Source of the DNA: Hormoscilla sp. | GTDB lineage: Bacteria; Cyanobacteriota; Cyanobacteriia; Cyanobacteriales; Desertifilaceae | Reading direction: 5' to 3' | Assembly: GCA_051439505.1 (NCBI GenBank) | Contig: JBFRWI010000226.1 | Coordinates: 1-64,000 of the forward strand | Length of the DNA stretch: 64,000 nucleotides | In this document: positions 8,200 to 17,362 of the stretch, in pieces | How the letters are laid out: every line of letters begins with the position of its first letter | Position numbering within the stretch: the first letter of the stretch is position 1 | Made by a program: the position numbers and the translations under genes | Notes under the pieces: generated by a model | The model's database searches: none | Seen by the model: only the letters and a program-made list of their open reading frames with translations | What the model was told of the DNA's origin: nothing

Positions 8200-11100
8200 C
8201 TATTCACCAGTCACCATTGGTTTCGTTTCCCCCTGACATATCCAGGCACCCCAATAATAGGGATGCTCTAGCAGTCGCACTTCATCATCCCACGGTAACT
8301 CGGCATCGGACTTCAGTTCGACTACTCCCATCAGTTCCTTCAATACTTCTATTCCTAACTCGGACTGCCGCAATTCTCCTACGGTTATCCGGCGAATATA
8401 ATTCTGTGCTGACTGCAATGCTGAACCACGTCCTTTACCCTTTTTGATGTCGGCAAACATGCGCTCCATTAATAGCGCGGTTACTCGATCGGGCACGCTC
8501 CATAAACTCATTATCAGGGTTCTCGTTCCTGCAATGGCAAAGGCGCGACGCAACCCAAATACTCCTTCTCCCAGTTGGATGTCCCCCATCCCTGTCTGAC
8601 AGGCGGAAAGCACTGTCAACTCGTTCGCCCACAAGTCCAGTCCCGCTACTTCTTGGGCAAACAGAAACCCTTTTCCTGCTTCTTTGGGCAGCTTTCCTCC
8701 CGATAGCCACCGGTTCGCTCCCGCTAAGGCAAGGCCCGATCGGAGCATCGGGTTTTCTACGTTGGTAGATAAACGATTATCTCGCGGTTGGGCAAGCGCT
8801 GCTGCTATTTCTGGTATTTGTGCAGCGAAGTTTCGCAACCAATTCGCGACATCTTGATTTCCATTCTTCTCGTAGAAAGCGGCTAGCTGTTTCATGAACA
8901 CTGCCAAATCCTCATCTACCAGCGATGCGTTGTTTCTTAATATCTCTAGTTCCTTTCCATCGGGGCAACTCAGCAGGGCATTAACTAAGTTCAGATAGTC
9001 TTGCTGTCCTTTTCCATCAGAGAAATAGCCGTGGGTGGCAATGAGGAGGATACTGGGACAGTTGGCGGTAGTGAGATGAGACTCTAGCGCTTCCCTGTCG
9101 AGATAGGGTTTTATTCCCAGCATTTTGGCAACACTTTTTCCGAGGAAGCGCGTACCGGGGGCGCGGTGAAAGATCGTTCCGGCAAGAGAGGTAGGTTGGG
9201 TTTGGCTAGGCGCAAACGAACCTACAAGTTTCAAGTCGAAGTCGGGGTCCGCAATGACAACGGGGAAAGATGCGGGGCGTGTTGTCTCGATAGTTGCACG
9301 CAGAATATCCCGCCCGACGCTGAGGTAACTAATGCTGTACTCATCCATGAGCATTCTTTCTCCTGCCAGGGGCAGCAGTTGAAAGGGTAGGATGTTTAAT
9401 GCTCCGTCAGGGGCGAGGATGAGATGTTTTGAGTTCTTCAGGTAAGGGGTGATTTTGCCGAACAGCGCCTTCCGCAGTTGGATAGCCTCTGCTGGTAGGT
9501 TGTATGCGAGGATGAGGCATTCTGGCTCAGGGTCAGTGTCCCACATCTCCAGGCGATTTCCGAGAAGAGAATCTCTCTGCTGAGATAGTGCCTCGCGAAA
9601 TACCCGAATCAGGCGATCTATTTCTTTAGCTTCCCCTAAGTCGATGAGCCGCACGGCGTCTGGCTGCTGGGCGGGTAGAATAAAGGCTAGGTAACGGGAC
9701 GGTTTCCATTCCTTTCCACGAGGAGCGGCGGAATCAAAGATACGAGTGCAGACAAACTCCACTAACGTACTGCCTTCGGGAAGTTCAAAGGTGACAGCGC
9801 GGCGATCTGTAGGTTGCTCTTGCAATTTAATTTCCGGAACCTGCTGGGCGAGTTGCCGCTGCAAATTATCATATTCGATTTGCTTCTGCTGGAGGGTTTC
9901 TTTAATACGGCTGAGTTCGCCTGCTTCGGGAATGGCAAAGCTGAGATGAACAATTTCGGAACTCAAGCGGCGCAGTTGCTTAAACTCTGCGGTGAGGTGG
10001 GGATAGCGTCCGCTGTAAAGGGCTTGGTTTTGCGCTGCAAGTGCAGAAGCGGAGAGGGCTTTGCGTCGCAGGACCAGATCCAGGAGCGTTTGTACGACTT
10101 CTGAAGAGTCTTGGAAGTAGTTCAAGACTAGGGAGAGAAACATTTCAAACCTATGTCTGATGGACTGGAGATAGGTGAGACGGTCTTTTTCAGAACTGAA
10201 GGCAAAGGTGCGGCGCAGGATGCGATCGTCAATTTCTGTAGCTTCGGTCATCTTGGCCATCGCCTCAAAGGGACGGTTTGTAGTTGCTAAGAGTGCTGCG
10301 AGATTATTAAGACTGGCTGCAACATATGGATGGTCTTCTCCCAATAGGCGTTTTCTCATCTCTAAGGCTTCCTGATGCAACGGTTGCGCCTGAGCAAATC
10401 GTTCTTGCTTTTCATAGAGTATTGCCCGGTTATTCATAGTGTTAGCAACATCTAGATGCTCTTCGCCCAATAGGCGTTTCCTCATCTCTAAGACTTCCTG
10501 ATACAACGTATCCGCCTCAGTCAGGCGTTCTTGCAATTCCCAGATTGATGCCAGATTATTCAGACTATTAACAACATCTGGATGCTCTTCACCCAATAGG
10601 CGTTTTCTCATATGCAAGCATTGCATATGCAACTGTTCTGCCACCGGAAATAATCCTTGCTTTTGATATGATAATGCCAGATTATTCAGGCTGCTAGCCA
10701 CATTAATATGCTCTTTGCCAAACTTGGCGATCACTATTTTCAAGGCTTCCATATGTTTGTCTAGCGCCTCAGTAAAGCGCTTTTGCGCCTGGTAGATTAA
10801 AGCCAGGTTGTTCAAAGTGGCAGCAACATCTGGATGATCTTGCCCAAGCATGCGTTTTTCTATCTGTAAGGCTTCCAGATATTTCGATTCTGCCTCAAAC
10901 AAGCGTCCTATATCTTCGTAGAGACTCGCAAGATTATGCAGACTCTGTGCCACATGAGGATGTTCTTGTCCAAAGATACGTTTCCTCATCTCCAATGCTT
11001 CCAGATGCTTTTCTTCTGCCTCAGGGAAGCGTGATTGCTTCATGTATAGTACTGCGATATTATTCAGGCACTGCGCCACAAAAGGATGTTCTTCTCCCAG

Positions 11101-11802
11101 GAAGCGTTTGCTCATCTTCAAAGCTTCCCGATACAACTGTTCCGCCTCATCGAACTCTCCTTGATATTCGCAGATGATTGCAAGATTATTCAAACTCCGT
11201 GCTACATCAGAATGAGCTGGTCCTAACAGGCGTATGCTCATCCGCAAGGCTTCTTCACACAGAGTTTTGGCCTCAGCAAAGCGTCCTTGATGTCGGTAAA
11301 CTACTGCGAGATTATTCAGAATGCCTGCCACCTGGGTATCTTCGTTTCCAAACATTTTTTTTGCTATCTGCAAAGCGTCCAGATACAACTGTTCTGCTTC
11401 AGGAAAGCGCCCTTGATATCTGTAAATTAATGCAAGCTGATTCTTGCTAGTTGCCAAAAAGAAATTCTGGTTGTCTCCTGAGAGTTGTCGCACCGTGTCT
11501 AAGGCTTGTTGAGCATAAGTTTCTGCCTCATCGTACCTACCCCGATCGGCAAATTCATCAGCTCTGTTGCTCAGTTCATACCAGAATGCGATCTCTGGTG
11601 GCTCCACTGCTAAATTTTGTAACTGTTCAGCATTTATATTTGCTAGATGCGGTGCGAACAGTGTCGCCATCAGTAGCTCATCGTCATCAAATACCAAGTC
11701 TGGGTTAGCCTGCAAAATCTCTGCTTGTTCCTGGCTATTGGAACAACTCGCTAGCGTTCTAATGAAATTGAAATAGTCTTCAATGCCTTGTTTTCCGTCC
11801 AT
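8200..11802 (-). CDS. TPR-repeat CHAT (caspase-like, clan CD) protease
   Basis: About 11 kinesin-light-chain-type 42-aa TPRs (HPDVA.SLNNLA). CHAT motifs LILAPDG.L, catalytic IATHG and LSACQTG, SLWSV, HPYYWGA. Confidence 0.9.
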   Translation of the reverse strand: MDGKQGIEDYFNFIRTLASCSNSQEQAEILQANPDLVFDDDELLMATLFAPHLANINAEQLQNLAVEPPEIAFWYELSNRADEFADRGRYDEAETYAQQALDTVRQLSGDNQNFFLATSKNQLALIYRYQGRFPEAEQLYLDALQIAKKMFGNEDTQVAGILNNLAVVYRHQGRFAEAKTLCEEALRMSIRLLGPAHSDVARSLNNLAIICEYQGEFDEAEQLYREALKMSKRFLGEEHPFVAQCLNNIAVLYMKQSRFPEAEEKHLEALEMRKRIFGQEHPHVAQSLHNLASLYEDIGRLFEAESKYLEALQIEKRMLGQDHPDVAATLNNLALIYQAQKRFTEALDKHMEALKIVIAKFGKEHINVASSLNNLALSYQKQGLFPVAEQLHMQCLHMRKRLLGEEHPDVVNSLNNLASIWELQERLTEADTLYQEVLEMRKRLLGEEHLDVANTMNNRAILYEKQERFAQAQPLHQEALEMRKRLLGEDHPYVAASLNNLAALLATTNRPFEAMAKMTEATEIDDRILRRTFAFSSEKDRLTYLQSIRHRFEMFLSLVLNYFQDSSEVVQTLLDLVLRRKALSASALAAQNQALYSGRYPHLTAEFKQLRRLSSEIVHLSFAIPEAGELSRIKETLQQKQIEYDNLQRQLAQQVPEIKLQEQPTDRRAVTFELPEGSTLVEFVCTRIFDSAAPRGKEWKPSRYLAFILPAQQPDAVRLIDLGEAKEIDRLIRVFREALSQQRDSLLGNRLEMWDTDPEPECLILAYNLPAEAIQLRKALFGKITPYLKNSKHLILAPDGALNILPFQLLPLAGERMLMDEYSISYLSVGRDILRATIETTRPASFPVVIADPDFDLKLVGSFAPSQTQPTSLAGTIFHRAPGTRFLGKSVAKMLGIKPYLDREALESHLTTANCPSILLIATHGYFSDGKGQQDYLNLVNALLSCPDGKELEILRNNASLVDEDLAVFMKQLAAFYEKNGNQDVANWLRNFAAQIPEIAAALAQPRDNRLSTNVENPMLRSGLALAGANRWLSGGKLPKEAGKGFLFAQEVAGLDLWANELTVLSACQTGMGDIQLGEGVFGLRRAFAIAGTRTLIMSLWSVPDRVTALLMERMFADIKKGKGRGSALQSAQNYIRRITVGELRQSELGIEVLKELMGVVELKSDAELPWDDEVRLLEHPYYWGAWICQGETKPMVTGE

Positions 11803-12180
11803 TGTAAATATCTCCTAATGTCTTTGAGTATTGAGTGACTGTGTCATTCTAGGTTGGGTGCTGCGGCAAGGCAACGACCGGTGCAAAGCGCCATATCCGA
11901 TCGCAGGCGACCCTTCCCGAAACCATCCCGCCGCCTTAACAATATATTGGGGGGTGCTCAATGAATTATGCACCCAGGATGACTCTCTCTTCGGCAGGCG
12001 ATCGGGACCGATCGCACCGAGATCGACGGGCGGGTGCGCGTGCAGTCCGGGGCACGGCACGAGTTAATTGATGATATTACCCGATAATCTACTGATGCCG
12101 TGCCCCTACCGATCAGATGTATCAACAACATGTATCAACAACGGACGATCGCGATCGCATGGAAACTCCCTTAATGATGA

Positions 12181-13032
12181 TTACACTGCGGTAACAGTAT
12201 ATTCCGCATAGAGAACCTGATAGTCCGATCGCCCTTCCAGGTATTGTAGCAACTGATGAAGATGATCTTTCTGTAGTTGCGAAGGTTGTTGATCGGGCTG
12301 AGGTATCCAGTTGAGGGGCGGCAGCTTTTCCCCCATCACCGCGACTAGCTGCTCAAGCCCAATAGTACCAGTAATCTTAAAGGACTTGATGGGCGCACCC
12401 TCTTGAGGAAGAACAGTCTCGCCATCAGGGAGATCGGGATGGGGTGCCAGAAAGGAGGGACACAAGCACAACACCTTACCAGAAGTGGCCTTTTCCAGCA
12501 GCAGCAAGTGACCGGCGTGACCCAGCTTAAATTCAAAGCGAATATTACTCCCCAGGCGCACGCACTTTTGGTAAGGACTCCACATATCCAGGTTGTCAGC
12601 AATGACCGGACCCATGAGGTTGGTGGGACGCGCCCGATCGACTAACTGCTGCCAAAGTTGTTCCAGAGTCAAGGGGCCTTGCACCCATTTAGGAAAGACA
12701 TCTTCCCGCAACCACCGCTTGGCGATCTTCCACTTGCCTTTAGTAGCGTCGTTAAACTTGCATCCTTCCTTTTCCAGCTTCTTGCAAATCTCCTTTAAAT
12801 TGTCGCGTACCTGAGTAGTAGCATGTTTGCAGGCGTCTTCATCCAAATCGTCATGTTTGACTCCCAGCAAGTCCGGTGCATAAACCTCAGCTAGACTCTT
12901 ATCATCTAAATCAGCATTGTTTTCGGAGAAGCGTTGCAAGAAGACACTTCTTTTCTTCCCGGTAAACCCATAGCGGGTAGCCATTGCTTCCAGGAAGTCT
13001 GTCTCAACATTTTCATATTTTTGGTGACTCAT
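12181..13032 (-). CDS. N-terminal HTH-like region plus C-terminal DUF4384-like domain
   Basis: C-terminal beta-rich segment GSNIRFEF...GHLLLLE..TSG.V.CLCPS...LP...G.EQL.A is typical of DUF4384. The N-terminal half is helical. Confidence 0.65.
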   Translation of the reverse strand: MSHQKYENVETDFLEAMATRYGFTGKKRSVFLQRFSENNADLDDKSLAEVYAPDLLGVKHDDLDEDACKHATTQVRDNLKEICKKLEKEGCKFNDATKGKWKIAKRWLREDVFPKWVQGPLTLEQLWQQLVDRARPTNLMGPVIADNLDMWSPYQKCVRLGSNIRFEFKLGHAGHLLLLEKATSGKVLCLCPSFLAPHPDLPDGETVLPQEGAPIKSFKITGTIGLEQLVAVMGEKLPPLNWIPQPDQQPSQLQKDHLHQLLQYLEGRSDYQVLYAEYTVTAV

Positions 13033-13327
13033 CGTCTCATCCTCTCATGGAGTGCTGTCCCTATTCTAGGTCATGTGATTTGGGAATGGCAACCCAAATC
13101 TACCAAAATCTACTTTATTCTTTGTAAATCTACTTTCCCCGCCTCGCCCCCGTATTTCCCGGCAACCATTCGCCATCTTTCTACTTGTTTAGACATCTTT
13201 CTACTTGAGGCAATTAATCTATTTTTTTCTCTTTAATATCTACTTATGCTTCCCACAACCAAAAGTTCATTCGCTAGCGTGAAATAGAGGTTGTTAAGGA
13301 AAGGATGCGGGTCACTTTTGTCATTTA

Positions 13328-13382
13328 GCCCGCGCAGGCGGGCTTTGTTCGTGTAGCCGGGCCCTTTAGGGTTCGGGCGGCG
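13328..13382. repeat. REP-like palindrome AGCCCGCGCAGGCGGGCT...
   Basis: GC hairpin followed by a second hairpin. A degenerate copy lies near 37284. Confidence 0.55.
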
Positions 13383-13467
13383 AGGCAAATATGGGATGCA
13401 CCCAAGGATGCGAATCCTCCCACAACCATGATGACATATTTCTGTAACGAATGACAGGAGCAAACAA

Positions 13468-13743
13468 ATGAATTATCCTGCTGGAGACCAACTGCGTCGC
13501 ATAGCTTTGCAAGCCCAAAAGCACCCGCGTCAGAGTAAAGGGCGGCGGATCTTTCTTACCAGGCTGATTTGTGAAATCCAACAAACCGGTCAGCTTTCCC
13601 GCGCAGATAATGAAGCCCTCGATCGCACGTTCTTTGCCATCTGCCACCAGATCGACGAGTACGACGAAACCAAAGAGGTAATGGACTGGGCGAAGGAGTT
13701 ATTCGAGCAGCAATTAGAAGATGCGATCGTCGAAACGCTGTAG
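13468..13743 (+). pseudogene. Truncated sigma-70-like protein (region-2-like N-terminal part only)
   Basis: DQLRRIALQAQKHPRQS...LTRLI...EAL..TF..IC..ID.YD resembles the N-terminus of cyanobacterial sigma-like proteins found near CHAT genes. The TAG stop is part of a GTAG REP. Confidence 0.55.
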
Positions 13744-13871
13744 GGCGGGCGTCTCGCCTGCCCGGGGTTTAACCCCCAGTTAATCTATCTCTTCGCACTT
13801 CACCCGCCGGGGGTTCAAACCCCCGGCTAATAGCTAAAGTCGGTTAAAACCGACTAAGAATATAATAATAA

Positions 13872-14334
13872 GGGCCGACAGCGAAAAAAATCGTCTCCCA
13901 TGCCCGATCGCATGCTTGCACGATCGCCTTTTATCGATGCGCAATAATTTTTGTTCGCGCCAGCCAACCGGTGATAAAAATTGTCTCCCATGCCCGATCT
14001 CTTATGGTGGGCGGTGCCCACCCTACAGCATTATGTTATTAGTCGGTTTTCAACCGACTTCAGCTATTAGCCGTGGGTTTGAACCCACGGCGGGCCGACA
14101 GCGAAGAGAAAAAATTTTGTCGGCAATGCCCGATCGCTTGCTCCCCCGATCGCCTTCTATAGATGGGCGCAAGAAAAGCATTCCCGCGACCACCAACCGG
14201 TGAAAAAAATTGTCTCCCATGCCCGATCGCGTAGGGTGGGCACCGCCCACCCTACGGGATTATGTTATTAGTCGGTTTTAACCGACTTTAGCTTTTAGCC
14301 GGGGGTTAAAACCCCCGGCGGGCCGACAGCGAAG
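13872..14334. repeat. Composite tandem array, two about 225-bp units plus a partial third, built from REP families A and B
   Basis: Units start GGGCCGACAGCGAA at about 13872, 14092 and 14320. The segment TGTCTCCCATGCCCGATC recurs within them. Confidence 0.85.
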
Positions 14335-14388
14335 TAATAATTTTTATTATAACATTATTGTGTCAAGCCGTCAAAAATATCTAAACAA

Positions 14389-14421
14389 AGAAACCCAGTT
14401 TCTCCGAGAAACCGGGTTTCT
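14389..14421. repeat. REP-like family E (AGAAACCGGGTTTCT)
   Basis: Copies near 38768, 38816, 38971, 39021, 41333, 51515 and 56500. Confidence 0.8.
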
Positions 14422-14480
14422 GAGTCATGGGAAAATAAGTCCGCAGCTAACATTTTGATGCACCCTCAAATATGTTTTAA

Positions 14481-14789
14481 TTATACATAAACTACCTCAG
14501 ACAAAATCCGCTCTCGGAAGCGGGGGTTCAATGCATTTTTGCTGACCACATCCACCGGCAGCCTGAGGAGATCGCTGAGTTCGTTTTCCAGTTCCAGGCG
14601 TTCGAGCAACTCAGGAGCTTCTAGATAATCTATCAGCACATCGACATCACTATCGTAATGCTGTTCGCCCCTGACATAGGAGCCAAATATTCCCAACTCC
14701 CTCACCTTGTATTTTTCCCTCATAATGGATTTATACTGACTCAGGGTTTCCTTAATTTCCGCCAATTTTTTATTCCTCTTCTTGCTCAT
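14481..14789 (-). CDS. Minimal nucleotidyltransferase (MntA-type antitoxin), orphan
   Basis: Motif IFGSYVRGEQ..DSDVDVL. No HEPN/DUF86 ORF adjacent. Confidence 0.85.
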   Translation of the reverse strand: MSKKRNKKLAEIKETLSQYKSIMREKYKVRELGIFGSYVRGEQHYDSDVDVLIDYLEAPELLERLELENELSDLLRLPVDVVSKNALNPRFRERILSEVVYV

Positions 14790-14938
14790 ATTGACATCTG
14801 TTAATCATCTCTAGAGATTATAACTTACTGGGCAGATCGACTGTCAAGGGAAAGTCGTAGGGTGGGCACCTCCCACCGCCGGTGTGGTATTTTTTTACCA
14901 ACTGGTTTTGACCACGGTTTCTCCGGTCACGGCGGATC

Positions 14939-15151
14939 CAATACTTCTAGGTTAAGCATATAAGTTGTCATTGCGAGGGGGGTTACGTAGCGATTAACTC
15001 ATGGGCAATTGAGGAGACCCCCCCGAAGCAATCCCCTCGCCCAGTATAAGTCGGTGAGATTGCTTCGGGGGGGATTGTTTCGGGGGCTACAAATAGTTAG
15101 TTGGAAAGACCCCCCCCCTCGCAATGACAGGTTGTTAACCGAGAAGTCTTG
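14939..15151. mobile_element. MITE with CAATACTTCT(C/A)GGTTAA ends and TGTCATTGCGAG/CGAAGCAATC internal palindromes
   Basis: Ends CAATACTTCTAGGTTAAG...TTAACCGAGAAGTCTTG. It is the reverse-orientation relative of 48627-48855. No target duplication visible. Confidence 0.8.
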
Positions 15152-15201
15152 ACTGCATATATCCTTGATAAATACAGTATAAACCAGATTTATTCCCAGA
15201 G

Positions 15202-15480
15202 TTAAATCTCCTCACGATCGGCGATCGCGATATCAATTTCCAAACGGTGAGCATTAGCATAAGCCCAAGCATTTCTCAAGTTTGATATACTCAGATGGGG
15301 AAAGAGATTGAGAATATCTTCATCACAAGCACCGTGACGACGATAGTTCACCAGTTGCCAAACGGCGATGTCAGTTCCCTCGATATAAGCATCGCCACCA
15401 GGATACTTTTCAATTCCTAACCAACCGTTGGTCATACTTAGGGTTAAAATATCTCGGGCCCGATCTTTATCCCTGGACAC
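15202..15480 (-). CDS. DUF433-family protein (putative antitoxin), possibly 5'-truncated
   Basis: GIEK.PGGDAYIEGT.I.VW...GA.DEDIL..FPHL....L.NAW.YA pattern. Confidence 0.7.
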   Translation of the reverse strand: MSRDKDRARDILTLSMTNGWLGIEKYPGGDAYIEGTDIAVWQLVNYRRHGACDEDILNLFPHLSISNLRNAWAYANAHRLEIDIAIADREEI

Positions 15481-15486
15481 CAGTTA

Positions 15487-15585
15487 AGCAATTCAAAATT
15501 CAAAATTCAGAATTCAAAATTGGTAAATTTTTACTATACAAGGATATCGGCGGATATGCCTATGCAATTTAAATGCATGACAGCT
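15487..15585. mobile_element. About 100-bp TA-flanked MITE carrying (AATTCAA)n
   Basis: TA|AGCAATTCAAAATTCAAA...ATGCATGACAGCT|TA. Sister copy at 47661-47760. Confidence 0.75.
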
Positions 15586-15618
15586 TATGCTATGATTATT
15601 TTATCTTACCTAGGCAGG

Positions 15619-15774
15619 ATATTGCATTTCTCAAATTGATGTGTTACAGCCAAATTCCCATTTGTCATTGCGAGGGGGGGGTACGCAGCGCTCAACTTAT
15701 GCTTTAGGAGAGTTAACCCCCCCCCGAAGCAATCTCGCCAATAGCATATCGCAGTAATTTGAGAACTGCTATAT
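15619..15774. mobile_element. MITE with ATATAGCAGTTCTCAAATT-type inverted ends carrying a TGTCATTGCGAG/CGAAGCAATC module
   Basis: 17/19 terminal inverted match. Related element at 59044-59191. Confidence 0.7.
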
Positions 15775-15857
15775 CTCGATCCTAATCTATGCTATGATTT
15801 ACAGGATATGAGAGAAGCTTAATTTTGAATTAAGAAAGGACGCTCTAGGCGCTTCGC

Positions 15858-15939
15858 GCCTGGGAATCACTAAAGTGATTACTACGAACGGCCTGGGAAT
15901 CACTAAAGTGATTACTACGAACGGTGATTACTACGAACG
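15858..15939 (+). repeat. 33-bp tandem repeat, two copies plus a 16-bp partial
   Basis: GCCTGGGAATCACTAAAGTGATTACTACGAACG at 15858-15890 and 15891-15923, then GTGATTACTACGAACG. Confidence 0.9.
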
Positions 15940-15947
15940 GAGAACCG

Positions 15948-16766
15948 ATGAACAAAAGCATTAAAGTAATCGTATTGGATCTCGATCGCACGATCTTGGG
16001 AGAGTCGGGGAAGATCACCCCCAAAGTCAAGCAGGCAATTCAGACGGCCCAGGACCGGGGAGTTAAAGTCGCGATCGCCACAGGTCGGCCAGTAGCTTCT
16101 GCCTTACCCTACTATAATGAAATTAGCTCCCAGTTGCCATTAATAGCTCATAACGGCGCAATAATTACCAATCCTAACAGAGGAGAAATCTATCAGCATC
16201 TGACCATAGATATAGAAATCGCTGTCCAGGTATTGAACTTGTACCAGCAGATAGATCTACAGTCTGAACTATCCCTCTTCTGCTACATTCAAGAGCGAGT
16301 CTACCTACAGGAATTAACTCCCCAAAGCCAATTATACTCAACCCGGAATAAAATCAATCCTCTTCCCGTTGGCGACCTCCGTCAAGTCTTAACAACCTCA
16401 CCCACCTGCATCCTGGCGATTATTAAGAATAGCAGCATGATGAAGCAATTGTGGGTGCTGCTACAGAAAAATTACGATCGCCAAAAACTCTACATCACCA
16501 AATCATCTGCTACCATGCTGGAAACACTCAATCCCGGGGCCAATAAAGGAGCAGCAGTTCGTTACTTAGTTGAAGAACATCTGGGTCTATCAGCGGAAAA
16601 CGTGATGACAATTGGCGACAACTTTAACGATCTAGAGATGATCGAGTATAGTAGCATAGGAGTCGCCATGGGAAATGCTCCCCAGGAAGTGCAAGATCGA
16701 GCAGATTGGGTGGCCCCCAGCGTCCAAGCAGATGGAGTCGCCGCCGCGATCGCCAAATTTTTGTAA
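15948..16766 (+). CDS. Cof-type HAD-IIB phosphatase
   Basis: Motifs LDLDRT, ATGR, NKG and IGDNFNDLEM...VAMGNA. Confidence 0.9.
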   Translation: MNKSIKVIVLDLDRTILGESGKITPKVKQAIQTAQDRGVKVAIATGRPVASALPYYNEISSQLPLIAHNGAIITNPNRGEIYQHLTIDIEIAVQVLNLYQQIDLQSELSLFCYIQERVYLQELTPQSQLYSTRNKINPLPVGDLRQVLTTSPTCILAIIKNSSMMKQLWVLLQKNYDRQKLYITKSSATMLETLNPGANKGAAVRYLVEEHLGLSAENVMTIGDNFNDLEMIEYSSIGVAMGNAPQEVQDRADWVAPSVQADGVAAAIAKFL

Positions 16767-16894
16767 TCAGTGGCCCGATCGGTACTCAACCTGATACAAT
16801 ATCAAAGAGAAGTGTACATAGTAGTAAATAAGCATTGTTACTCTTAGGCAAATTCTGGTAACAACTGACAACTGACAACTAACAACTGACAACT

Positions 16895-17362
16895 ATGTTA
16901 ATGCTGCTATTATATGTAGGGAATGACCGTTACGCCCTGGATATATCTCAGGTCGTGGAGGTGGTGCCCATGGTGAGTTTCCGCAAGATATACCAAGGAC
17001 CAGACTATCTGGCAGGTTGGTTTAACTACCGAGGCCAGATAGCACCAGCGATCGACCTATGCCAGATAATCAAAGGGGACGAGAGCAGTAACTGCTTGAG
17101 CACCCGGATAATTGTGGTAAATTACCAGAGCAACCATAATACTCAGCACCTGTTAGGTTTAATAGCGGAACGGGTCACCGATACCATAAATTACTCGGAA
17201 ACTGAGTTGGTTGCTACCGGAATGGAGACAAAAATATTAGGAAAAATGATTATCGACGACCAAGGCACGATCCAAACTATCCGAGTAGATAATTTATTAG
17301 ACTCGACCCAGTTACCAGACCTCTTGCCAGGAAGGGATAAAGATGGAACAGACCGCTATTGA
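16895..17362 (+). CDS. CheW-like scaffold, WspB type
   Basis: RYALD...VVEVVP...G.FNYRG...IDL pattern. First gene of the operon. Confidence 0.85.
   Translation: MLMLLLYVGNDRYALDISQVVEVVPMVSFRKIYQGPDYLAGWFNYRGQIAPAIDLCQIIKGDESSNCLSTRIIVVNYQSNHNTQHLLGLIAERVTDTINYSETELVATGMETKILGKMIIDDQGTIQTIRVDNLLDSTQLPDLLPGRDKDGTDRY

Noticed and set aside
13801..14340. Possible CRISPR array
   Set aside because: The intervening segments are themselves repeated and about 170 bp long, there are no cas genes, and the units are REP mosaics.
15481..15587. MITE disrupting the DUF433 N-terminus
   Set aside because: An in-frame TAA remains after in-silico excision, so disruption cannot be shown.
15858..15939. 33-bp repeat as a mini-CRISPR
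   Set aside because: The copies are directly adjacent with no spacers.
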